DNA of 41,337 nt from Acanthaster planci (lineage: Eukaryota). Location of the stretch: contig NW_019091362.1 of NCBI RefSeq assembly GCF_001949145.1, positions 2,611,838 through 2,653,174 of the forward strand, written 5' to 3'. A program made the position numbers and the translations under genes. The notes under the pieces are model-generated. The model searched no databases, was not told where the DNA came from, and saw only the letters and a list, made by a program, of their open reading frames with translations. This document shows positions 13,430 to 24,939 of the stretch, in pieces (the first letter of the stretch is position 1; every line of letters starts with the position of its first letter).

Positions 13430-14933
13430 CCTGGGCACACCAAGTCAAATGAAAAACTGAAACATAGCCGATGTGCATACATGTACATAAATCTAGATCA
13501 TTTGAGACTATTCTTTGTAGAAGGAAAGCCAAGAATCGGGTTTGTGGATGTTCTATGGAAGTATCAATCTCTTTATCCAAGGAGAGTTAGTTTTCAATTA
13601 TTTGTCTGTGAATTTGGTAATGCCATACCTTAATATACCAGTATTTGTTCAGACAAACGCTAAGAACACTTGCAAAAGTAGATCTTTATACAAAAGGGAA
13701 AGAACTTCTTTAGTCAACATTTCAACTGGGGTGTAAAACCTCACTCTGAAAGAGAAATGGGCATACTACATAGCTGTTGAAATTTTAATACCTGAATAGC
13801 AAATATGGGGTGTATAAAATGACCTGTGACATGCCCAGACGCTCGATCCCGGCAGGTATAAATGGGCTAGACACAAAGTCATTTTAATTCCACAGAAATG
13901 CAAGTCAAGTCTAGTTTATCACACTGGCCTTTGGGAAACGCACAAGACAAACAAGAAATGCACGCAAAACTAAACAAATAGACAGGGGTCTTTTTACAAC
14001 CACTCCACACGTAAACTGAGTCAACAGCCCCTTGGGTGAAAAGCTGTCCCAGAAACCACTGTTGCAGAGCTCAAAACGGCAAATGTGCTCTTAAAGAACC
14101 CAGCACCGATCCAGCCGGAAAGAAAAAAAGTGACCGACATGGCACGTGGAGCGCACCCTCTGAATACGTGTCATTCTGCTCCCTCAACACTGGTGTGTGT
14201 CAATATTTTCCTACCCGTAGACTTAACCTTGTCTGGGGCATGTGCTCGTAAAGCAGGACAGAAGGTAGGCTGTTCAATACAGGAGCAAAGTCCGGGAAAA
14301 AAAAAAAGGAAAAAAAAAGAGGGTATCGTTTGAATTCATGATGCTCGGTCACATTCCTGCATGTCCCAGGCAGTGATAATGACGTGAAAAGTGGTACAGA
14401 CAAATAGGTCATTTATCATCACGGAACCAGAGAGGAGAAACTCTACGCTCGTCCATGATGATGATGACAACACACTTGTTATGATTCTCCAACGTTCAAT
14501 GGTGTCAACAGCTGAAAGATTACAAATGAATTTATCATCTGTGTTTGGAGAGGGATCATCATTGAAAACTCGTGAGAGTGTTTACCACGACTCTGGAGCT
14601 GATAAACAGTGTTTGCACTTGTTCTGCGCTATTTGCCAGTGGATATTTAACCAGTTTATTGATGACGGGAAGATGTACATTGCTTGACAAGAATTTTGAA
14701 ATAAGCAAAACCTGTAGATGGTGCCATCATTTCATTCATTTGCATGCGTAACAGCAGAAAAGAGGAAGAAAGTCAAGTTCCAAGGCCCCAAGAGAGCAAA
14801 CAAGTTAGCAATTTGAGAACAGCCGGGCTGCATTCACTCCCGAAAGCATTGCCAATGTTAACTTAAAATATTTTCACAGAAACTGTATCCAGTGGGAACA
14901 CAGTGGCAAAGTACAACTCTGATCCGATCTTAC

Positions 14934-15110
14934 CTTTCTCTGTTCGCTTGGCGTGTGCTGGTCATCAGTTGGCCTGGCACTGCTCCCCGGCTGTGCATGT
15001 GCACTGGCTGCATGCTGGGCACTAGTCCCCTTGGCCCCCACGCTCCTGGGTAATCCCGACTTGACGGGTTTGGCAATGTTCGACTTGCCTTTCGGCCCTG
15101 CCTTGGACAT
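14934..15110 (-). CDS. First coding exon (59 aa) of a candidate neuron navigator (NAV2/NAV3/unc-53-like) gene; remaining exons presumably beyond position 1
   Basis: Exon 14934-15254 has acceptor ttctgtacatttctgacag and donor AAG|GTAAGA (phase 0). MSKAGPKGKSNIAKPVKSGLPR...PSEQRK: KSNIAKPVKSGLP resembles NAV2 KSGLPKPVHSAAP as I recall it and contains an SxLP (SxIP-type EB-binding) motif. The CH-domain exon (IYTDWANHYL) is not found in the window, so identity is tentative. Confidence 0.55.
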
Positions 15111-15254
15111 GATGGGAGGCTCACAGGTCCACGTGGTCTATCTGAGTTGGTTTGAAGCTTTTAGGCACACTGTTTGGTGAACTCACCTCCTCACTGGTTA
15201 TTTCAGCTGGACGCATTTTGTAAGACTGGAGTGTGGGTAGGTTGTTTGGTCATG
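15111..15254 (-). other. 5' leader part of the first coding exon, containing uORFs and an internal consensus donor
   Basis: Acceptor AG at 15256-15255; ATGs at 15253 and 15216; GAG|GTGAGT after 15187. Confidence 0.55.
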
Positions 15255-15299
15255 CTGTCAGAAATGTACAGAATGCAGAACAATATACTTTAAATTTGG

Positions 15300-15369
15300 T
15301 TAACCCTAACAGTCCCAAATCCTCCAATTTCAATACGATTTTACATACACCCTAGGGGGTTAGGGTTAA
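15300..15369. mobile_element. Tiny piggyBac-like element
   Basis: TTAA|CCCTAAC...GTTAGGG|TTAA: 62-bp body with CCC/GGG termini and TTAA flanks; TIR is short. Confidence 0.35.
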
Positions 15370-17079
15370 AGTAATGTGATACTAGTTATTACAGTACCTG
15401 TTAGACACATTAATATGTCACCAACCCTAATGAAATTACACTGTAATAATATGTGTAGCTACTTTTGAGCTAACAACTTTAAAAACAAAATCATGCACAC
15501 TGACACTCAACAGAAACGCCCATTTTTTTCACCCACATAATGTCCAAAAACTGCCCTAAAACTGAGTTTGTGGGATCTGTCACACATTGGGCAACCTTGA
15601 AATTGATGTTTGTGCACATGCCTTCTGCATGATTAGATTTGAAAGATTAGACCTTTTTTTTTTCTTTTCTGGCTTTCTACCTCCTTCATAGCTACATGTA
15701 CATGTAGACGTTAATACTTCTGTTCATTTCTTTCACTCTGATGAGTAAACATTCTAATCGAATATGATAGCAGGCAACGTACACGTAGCCTGACAGTGTG
15801 ACAACAGAAACTGCTTCTCCATGGCATTAAATAAAACCAGCTATTTTTATCGCCCAAACCGCATTTGGGCCAATCAGAACAGCTGTCTTTTCTTCTCCCT
15901 CGCATTTTGATTATTCTCCGCATATAAATGACAGGCAATCAGATAAGACCCTTCACCTGAAGGGCTGCAGATTTTGACAAAGCACTGCTACAACTTGCTG
16001 TGTCGGTTTTTTTTTTTGGGGGGGGGGAGACTGTCCAGGGTCTGTCTTCTTCAAATCCCCCTTCCCCCAGGCAGGTGATCGGTACCCTGCATACCAACAG
16101 CCACCTGTCAGATGAGTGCTTAGGTTATAATCTATTCTTCCCGCGACGACGTGGAAATGAAATGGACAAGACTTTGAACCGAGTGATCCAGCATCAGCGA
16201 GTGGGGGGGGTAGATTGTCATTAAAACTCCATTATGAAGTGGCAAAATTGAAAAGCGGACATTCATGTGCAGGGGCAGCCACCAACGTAAGGTCCCAGAA
16301 CACGAGAAACATTGCTTTTGGCTGTGTGCCTAACAAATAACATCCACATAATGAAATCTTTAGTGACATTTTTGTGACAGACTGAGGGTACATTGATCAT
16401 TTGATCAAGCTTGAAGTTATCAGGCCTACCTTTCAACTACAAGGGAAGATTTCAATGCCCAGGGGTTGAGTGGTTGGCTGTGACAATGCTTTATGTGTGG
16501 ACTGTTCTAATAAATCACCTCCAGCAAAATTGTGCCTAGAACCTGACAGCATATTTCTCTTTACAGTGTGAGCATAAATTGGCACCAGTGACCTGTAAAA
16601 TCCAACTGGACTTTTAATAACTCACATAAAATACACACATGTACTGGTACTCTGTTTCTCCTTAACCTTTTATGCACAGTTGATGCAGTTTAGCTGGTAG
16701 TAGCATTTCATAATTCAACTATAAATGCAAAGTGGCTGGCTAAAAATACATGTGACTGCACCAGTCACACTCCTCAAACAGGTGGCCTTTTTCAAAGCAT
16801 AGAAAAAGCTCCCCGGCGATGATATGCAGAGATTCTAAATATAACCATCTCCCCCCAGTGCCACGCCATCCAACATTGTAAATCATCATCTTTTTAAGTA
16901 CATGTATGCAGGAGGAGGGTAAGGGCAGGTTGTTGAACCGAATCTGTGATGAGCATTTCTCCTTTTCTATTCAAACTCTCTGGTGGTGCGACAATGCCTT
17001 GGGTAGCTGGCTGAATGGTATTTGGAGACTATTCCCTCTTTCCTGTTTCTTTACGGTGCATGTGTGCCCGGTATTTTAC

Positions 17080-17468
17080 CTCGATCTGCCTCCGAAATCA
17101 TACTCTGAAGCCTCTAGGGAGAGCTTCTTCATGGCGTAACTGTGCGAGGAGGCAGACAGAGTGACTCCGGCTGTATGGATTGATACGTGGTCTGAGATGC
17201 TAGTCGCCGTACAGCAGTATTTGGGTCGGGACAAAACCGAGAGAATTGGGGTGGAGAGAGAGGTTCCAGCATAAATGGTCAATGTGGCGAGCCTGTGGCC
17301 ATTCTTGATTTCCTCTTCGACAGACAAGGCGGCAGGGGGACGTGAAACTCAGGCAAATTTGCGAGAGATGTTGGCTTTGAAATTGAGTTAAAATGGGGCA
17401 TGGGAGCAGCAGTTATCAACAGAAATGGCTGATGGGCGAAGGATGACGATGTTGTTTTGAAATACAGG
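17080..17468 (-). other. Putative 5'UTR exon (389 nt) of the minus-strand gene with uORFs
   Basis: Acceptor cttctttttttaaatttctcag, donor GAG|GTAAAA; GC/CpG richer than flanks; ATG-initiated short ORFs at 17401, 17272, 17132. Confidence 0.5.
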
Positions 17469-17851
17469 CTGAGAAATTTAAAAAAAGAAGCAGCACACAT
17501 TTACTGTCAACACCAGATACATTGTGCAGTCTTGAATTTCAGTCAATGTGTATTTTCTTTCTCCTGGCAATGAAAGCTGCTACTCGATAGGGTTTTAACT
17601 TAAATTGGCTTTCAACTGTAATTTCACACTATTAGAAGCCACAGTTGTGTTGCCCATAAAATGTTAAAGGGCTGGGACTCTGAAAATGTACAAGTGTTTC
17701 AACTGATAAATCAATCTGATATTCCTAGATAAAATAAAAACAGTAATTTCCAAGTACATGTAAACTGGATTACCGACTCATGTCATGATCAGTTTTTAAC
17801 AAGCAATCATGCCCCTCACAATCCAAATCTCTCAATATGCTAGCTAAAATA

Positions 17852-17965
17852 GCTTTGCATGATAGCCATCTTAAAGGGCAGTTCTTTGGTTCAACAGTGT
17901 ATACACAAAGGAGGTTTCCCTGTGGAACAAAAGAACTGCCCTGCAAGATGGCTACCATGCAAAGC
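17852..17965. repeat. Near-perfect inverted repeat (46-bp arms, 22-nt loop)
   Basis: 17852-17897 vs reverse complement of 17920-17965: 41/46 identical. Confidence 0.85.
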
Positions 17966-18814
17966 CTCCATATGCTGTAGGGTAAAGTGCATTTTTTCAA
18001 GCAGCCAGTGGCATATTTCTTATACTTTTCTGATCCAAAATAGGATGAAACAAATGCTTAAACTTTTACTATCCAGTGTTAGGATTTGGCAATTTGGAAT
18101 AAAACTTTTATTTAAAATCATTATAACATTATAACATTTGCCTAAAAAAAAAAAAAGAGTAAAATTCCTCTTTAAAAGGAAGGGAAGGAACAAAAACACA
18201 GCAACAAAATTGCAGATCTCAGACACATTTCATCAGTCACGAGGTGTGATTCTGTTGGTATTAATTGCAGGCAGTGACAGACTGTCTACTCAAGGTTGAT
18301 GCCTGCCGCTCCCCTCGTCCCTCTCCAGTGCCTCTCTCTTCTCTCTCTTCCAGCGAAGTGGCGCGACTGTTGTCGCATAAATTTCCATTCCCTGCACAAG
18401 TCCAGAGTATCAGGATCCAGGATGGGGGAGGGGGGGGAAGAGAGACATCTGCCTTGCCTGCCAAGGTTACCCAGCTGTCCTGGGTCCTGCCGGGTCACAA
18501 ATGAATGCTGATCATGCCTCAATATTACAGGTGTTCTTATAGTCTTGCGCTGAGAGAAACCTCATTTCAGAACATGTCAGTCCTGTAAATATGACCATTT
18601 ACATACACAATATGTGCAAGGATGCAAACAAGACCTAGCTTGTGGGTTTTCAGGTGGATGAGAATGTAGTACCTCTACTGCACAGGGAAATGTGAATACA
18701 AATTTCACAAAATGGACCCAACCCATTCTTTTCAAAAAGGCAGCATCAATTTCAGTCCTAAACTATGGACAAGGAAAGAGCAAAGCTATTACCTGTCTAC
18801 ATTTCACCAGTATA

Positions 18815-19203
18815 TGTGATCCGCTCTGCAAAGAAGTGTATTAAGTCACGCAATGCAAAAACAGTAATGGCCCATTTCCATGTGCCAAGGGTGAAAATAT
18901 GTGGTAATATTTCAAGGCCGATTGCTTGACCATAAAGCTTCTGTTGCTAAGGAAAACCAAGAGAGTGTCTAATTTAAGTTTAATGTTTCTGTTTGTTATG
19001 TTTACAGGGCATTATCTCAAAAAGCATGTGTGATAAAATTAAATTACTTGTATATGCAAACGGCTAATAACTCCAAAACAAAAAATGCCACTGGGATGAA
19101 TTATATATCAAATGAAAGCTTGGGATGTGAGCAACTCGATTACATATATAAATCAAATTCCACAAAATTTGACATAATACACCTTCTTGCAGACCTGGTC
19201 ACA
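18815..19203. mobile_element. Non-autonomous DNA transposon with TGT...ACA termini and TATA flanks (Ginger-like by termini)
   Basis: tata|tgtgatccgctctgcaaagaagtgtattaagtca ... tgacataatacaccttcttgcagacctggtcaca|tata; ~34-bp imperfect TIRs; no coding capacity. Confidence 0.7.
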
Positions 19204-22200
19204 TATATCTGAAGCCATTTTCCATTCTGGATACAGCAGGATTACAGCATTTGCAAGTCGGACTACGAGCAACACATCGTGTTACAGTGCCGTACATTTC
19301 TGCATTGACCACATTTGAATTTTTATTTCCTGATTTCTTCCTACTTTTTTTTTCTTCAGAACGTACATGTACTTGTACGTGATCTCATTCACGTACAACC
19401 AGCAGATTTCACACATGTACAAAGATCAAGTAGCCATTTTGGTGAACATTCTATCATTTATTGCATACCAAACAATACACGCACCTCTCATTTTAAAAAG
19501 AGCCATACAATTTTTGCTTTAAATTGCCAGCCCATAAACAGTTTCGGAATGAATTTGCAGACTTATCAATTGCTTCAGTTTCTGATTTTATAATGGAAAA
19601 GTAGCAATTTTACAAATTTTTCTTTTATGTACACTGATGTTCGTACACTTTTTGAAGGTAAAATGCATACGACATTGCTGAAAAATTTTAAATCGCACTG
19701 ATAATCAAAATGACACTGCACATGGGAGTTCAGCTGACCTCAATAATCAGCCGACAATACAGATCACCAATAACACTGACACACTTTTTGTGTCTAATTT
19801 CACCCTCCCTTGCAGGTGCAAAGAATTACAGGCCTAATCTATTTTCATTCACCAACAGGGCATATTTCAATTTAAACAAAAATGTCACGGCCAATGACAG
19901 AAGGAAATGTGCACACTATCAACTGGTTAACGTCTTATTGGTCAGCGAGCCAAACCAAACAGATTTAACATATTAAATATGTGATAGAGACTGTACCTGT
20001 GATGATGGGATGATTACTTGCAAGACACAGACTCACACCTGTAGAGAGAGTGCAGGTACTTATGACTGGGGGGGGTTCAATCCAGTGTGTAAATCAGGCT
20101 GCAGCAATGTGACAGCAGGCCCGGGTGATTGACCGTGCATATTGAGGCCTCTCCAACCACTCGACCACATTTGGCTCATTTTCATTCTTACTCATTCCGA
20201 GTAGCAGATTTTACCTGGCAACACGCAGTGCACTCAAAAGGATTCTGCTCCGAGTGAACCAATTTGGTGGCAGGTAATTTGCAGCGCTATGCATGGCCGG
20301 CTGGGACAAAGAGAGAGTTTGTTTGGACTCAGATCAATTCAATTTTAGCAACCATACTGTCAATTTACTTCACTGCTTTTTTTTGGGGGGGGGATTTTGC
20401 AGCAAATTGCTGTATGACTGTATCACTGCATCAGAAACTTCCATAAAATATAAAGGGAAATTTGATTACAAAGTGGAAAATTCAGAAGACGTACACCTGA
20501 ATTTTACGTTCCACCTGATAACTTGGGGAATTTGACACGTAAACATACACGTATGTAGATTACACTAAACACTGAAAATATGCTTTATAACAAGTATCCA
20601 CTGTTACATTTGTTGGAGCTGCGGTTATTTGAATCAAGTCTGTTCAATTTATGGAGTTGTGGTTATCCTAATCAGGACTGTTTATTTCAAATGTCTGTCT
20701 GTACCATTAGCTCCAACTACGCATAGTCTCAGCCAAGTCTAGGAGTGACAACAAATGCATACATTCTTTCTGACGCACATTTTCACTGCAGAGCAAGAAT
20801 GTTACATGCATTGATTTTTTTTTTTCAATCGGTACCAGTGCAGCAAATTTATCATTCCAAGGTTGGTTTGCCTATTTTTTTTTTCTGTTTTGTTCCATTC
20901 CCATTTGCTTGCTTCATTTGCAGATGAGGAAAATGTATTACAACTGTGAACATCCTTCATTTCAATTAGCATTACCGCACTGTAGTCATTTCTCTAAACA
21001 GGTTGGCGCACTGTGAGAAGTTTGTTGAACCTTGACATTACAAGGAGTCCTAATGGGCCCCATCACAATTACCTTTGGTAAAGATGAAGACGCCAGCAGA
21101 GACAGACTTAGATGAAAAAAACAAACAGGGATCAACGGCCATCAGCGAAATGGCTACATACAGTACATGTACACAGTGAAGACAAAAGTATATAAAATGC
21201 ATTCTAACTGGCCCCAAGTGGATTAGTGAGTCTGCAAGATTGTCAGGGATGATTTGGGAGTACTACGGAAAGTAATTAACTGCGATTTGCTGTTATCATG
21301 ATGTCACTGTTTCTGGGAAGAATCCACAATCACGTACGCATCTCACAAATCGTTAACTGAGGGTGCATGTGAGCATTTTGAAAAGTTCTCAATAGAATTT
21401 TTGACTACGGATGGATTACGTAGAAAACAGCACGGTGGCGGAGTAGTAACGATACAGTAGATTGAGCACCACTCCTGATGGACACATTTTGTAAATATCA
21501 ATTAATTTGATGCCTACAAAATACTACAAACAACACAAACTATGTGTCCAGCTTGCTTTTGCATAATATGTCCCATCAACCCCCCCAAAAAAAGTTTTCT
21601 AAACAATCAATTAACCAACTGACAAACACAACATTAACATGTTGACTGCTGCGCGTAATTTCAAAAGAGGCATTCCCATTTGCCTAGCGTTGTACATATG
21701 CCCGTATACCATATTTAATGCAGTAGGTACCTTTCGGGTGTCTGTTTGAACATAATTTTTTTTTATGGATGTATGCCCTCCGCACTGCCAGCTGCGTATT
21801 TGTTGTGTTCTTTGGTGATGTCAGTGTATTCAATTTACATTACAATAGCCTTTCATTTCCTAAAAGTATATACTCGTAGTGGCAGAATCCAGTACACCTG
21901 TGACTACGAATATACTCATGGTCACCAGTCAACATGTTGAGAAGGTTTTCATCAAGACGTACTCTGTGTCGGGAAGATTTTAATTCTGATTGCGGGTTTT
22001 GCTCTTTATTTTGGGTAAGGGCAAAACCCATAATTAAAAGAGGACTTTCAAGGCACTTGATGGCAGCCATTTCTGCCATCCGATCAAGTACCTTGAAAGT
22101 ATGTTATCTGAATGCACTGATTAAATTTGTCTACTGTTTATAAAATAACACTATGCAAGTGCCCTTCTCCAAGAACAAGTACCCCCATTTTCGCACACAC

Positions 22201-24939
22201 TGACTCCATACAGAATCTTTCCTAGAAAAGGTACATACATATAGGAAACAAATCAATGGATGCACTAAATGGACCCCTGAAATTAACATTGAAAAATCAT
22301 CATGAGGTTGTTTGGGCGAGACAGGATGTGTACACACTCTCCCAATGTCTAGACTAATGGCGACTTGCTTTTGTGTTGGACTCATTAATTATCCATTCCA
22401 AGGATAAACGTGGGTGAAGACACGTCATTCCTGCATAACAGGGGCAACAGCACAGATTTCTTAAGAGTAGGGAGACTTCGGTGAAGAAATAACAGGAGGA
22501 ATATGTTTGTAGATGAGAAACTTACATGTATTCATTTATTATTATTAAGCTGAGTAATGGACAACGGTTTCAAGGTAACAACTGTATTTTTGTGGAAACA
22601 CCTGTTACTACATGCAAACATTATTTCAACTTCACAATTTGAACCTCAGATATTTCTTGTTCACTATACTATGAACCCTCTTTTGCGCTGGATTTTTGCA
22701 GACCGTTTCCTTGGATGTTCCTCTTCCTTTTGTTACAGATAATCGAGCCCCCAAAATGCCTCCAAGCCCGGGTGTGGACTTGGTCAGTCGAGACACGATT
22801 TGCAAAACCTGGATTCTGTGGACCTCTGTTGTGTGAAGGCTGGCACATATTTCATACTTCTATGTTTTCCTGTGAAAAAAATGCTCTTGTTTTTCCTGCT
22901 GAGATATCTGATGTTCCTCTTCATTTTGCCACAGAGAACCCTCACCAAGGCATGCCTCTCAAACTGATTTTTTGGGGTGGGAACATTTTGTGTGCTTCTG
23001 CAAGTCACACAATGCCTTCAATACTGGTACATGTATTCTACATTACATGGACTTCTTGTGACCAGAGGGTCTGTATTACTGTATATGTAATAAAATGTAC
23101 CTTATTAAAAAAGGGGTTCAACAATACAATGGCTGTGTTTTACAGGAGGGATTACCCAGCAATGTCAAAACCAACTGGCTGCAGCTAAAAATAGTTCACA
23201 CACACTCAATGAAGAATAGCTGCAGCCACTTCCCAGTGGTTTTCACAGGTGCATGTGTTATAAAGCCACAGCCACAACTTCTGGACATAACCTGAGTCTC
23301 TTCAAGGTTTAATACTGAACTCAGCCTCTCTGCAAAGCCAGGAAGATCACCCTCCTGGCTCCAGAGGAGGTGTGACTTAATCTTGTTGTGCCATCCCATG
23401 GGTAATCATCTTAATTAAATTCTCAAACACCCGTCATATTTGTCTCCTTACAAGGCCATCTCTATACACAGCCCACTAGGTAAAGACCTTCATAAATTTG
23501 GGCTTATGTGCTCACTGCATGGTAACAACATTGATATAATCACTTCCAATTTACAAAGGGCATGTCCAGCAGGGGGGAATGGGGGCCAATCAATCAGCTT
23601 CTCATACAATGGATGTATTTCTCCCCCCCAGAACCTTTTCAAGTCTAAGGACTGGGCTCCTTTCAGCCTGGCCACAGAAATTTGAGAGCAAGCAAATATG
23701 ACATCAAGATTTTTAAGTGCTGCAAGAGCACTCAATGACAAGGCAGTAGTGGATTTTGAACCAAGGTTTTTTCTTCATAGATCTAATATAACAAAGTACT
23801 GTGTACCCAGAGACAGTGAGAGCTAGTCAAGACAACAATGACACCTGGAGGTACGCATACATAATATCTATGTATAGAGTTTACGTTCATACAGTGGCAA
23901 AATGGGAAGGGGATCTATGGAGACAACTTCCCAATCTCCCTTTGCACCCCCAATTTGAAATTTTTGAATGTATACAACCTAATATACCGGTAGGTACATA
24001 TACTGTACGCTACAGTTAATTTTCTTTAAGCGCCCCGAGAAAAAAAGAAGATGTGTGGCCACTTGTTCCCCCCTCCCCCTGCAATTTCACCAACGTTAGT
24101 TTACATGTATATCAAATTACCATGTACCGGTACTTGTTCTAACATGTACATATATGTATATATTCCATTGATTTGGAATGTTCAACGGAAAACCTTTCAA
24201 TTTCTTCACATGAACATGAAGCCCTCTCACGGTGCTAGGCCACCCTGTGCATTACCCCCCAGAAAAAGGCAGGAAACTAGACCAATTCTACCCACCACAG
24301 CACTGTTTAATAAACGAATTGCACAAGTAATACAAATGCTTAAGTCATCATTTGTGGTGTAAATGATTATTTCAGGGTCAACTCGTAGACTGTGAGCCAC
24401 CAGCCTCCAGTTATTTCAGCTGATCCCAACTCCTCACTAGCATACGAGTAAAGAGTTGAACATACATGTAATTAAAGTAATTTCTATAAAACAAGCATTT
24501 AAGTACATGTACACATATGCAACAACAAATTCCTCTGAAAACGAGTGTCACCCTGGTTGGCAAACTTTTTTTGGGGGGGGGATTAACATAATTTTTATTT
24601 AAACTTGTTTCCAATACCCATTGGAAGGACTGGGTTGCGAATCCCAATTGTTATGGATTTACTCTGATCTTTTTTTTTTATTGAACCTGTGTCAACATCA
24701 AAGATTACAGGTTAGGTGGAGGCTGCTCAAGAGGCAACATTTGAGAGAGAAATACAGGAGTAAATCTACATTAAACAATAAAAATCATTACATCGATGCT
24801 TAGGCCTAATTAGCCATGTTTATACTGCACTGTAACAGTAAGCACGTGCAACAACTGTACGATTAAACTGTAACAATTAACAGATGTCAAGATACAAGAA
24901 AACGAAAAAGCTTCAAAATGAAAAGTGGACCACCCAACA

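Noticed and set aside
15865..15935. CCAAT + TATAAA pair suggesting an antisense promoter
   Set aside because: Short motifs expected by chance in AT-rich DNA; no downstream exon structure.
17270..17285. Selenocysteine or readthrough at the in-frame TGA joining uORF1 and uORF2
   Set aside because: The fused product has no recognisable fold, no SECIS is visible, and the context is not the TGA-CTA readthrough motif.
21073..21153. Possible additional minus-strand leader exon (donor AAG|GTAATT)
   Set aside because: The acceptor is weak and sits inside a footprint chain; not supportable without transcripts.
22715..23188. 157-aa plus-strand ORF
   Set aside because: No recognisable motif, no matching exon partners, and it contains footprint-type motifs typical of the intronic DNA.
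23735..23770. Isolated B-box-like motifs (also near 5470 and 30280) as tRNA genes
   Set aside because: No cloverleaf or properly spaced A box; at most decayed SINE heads.
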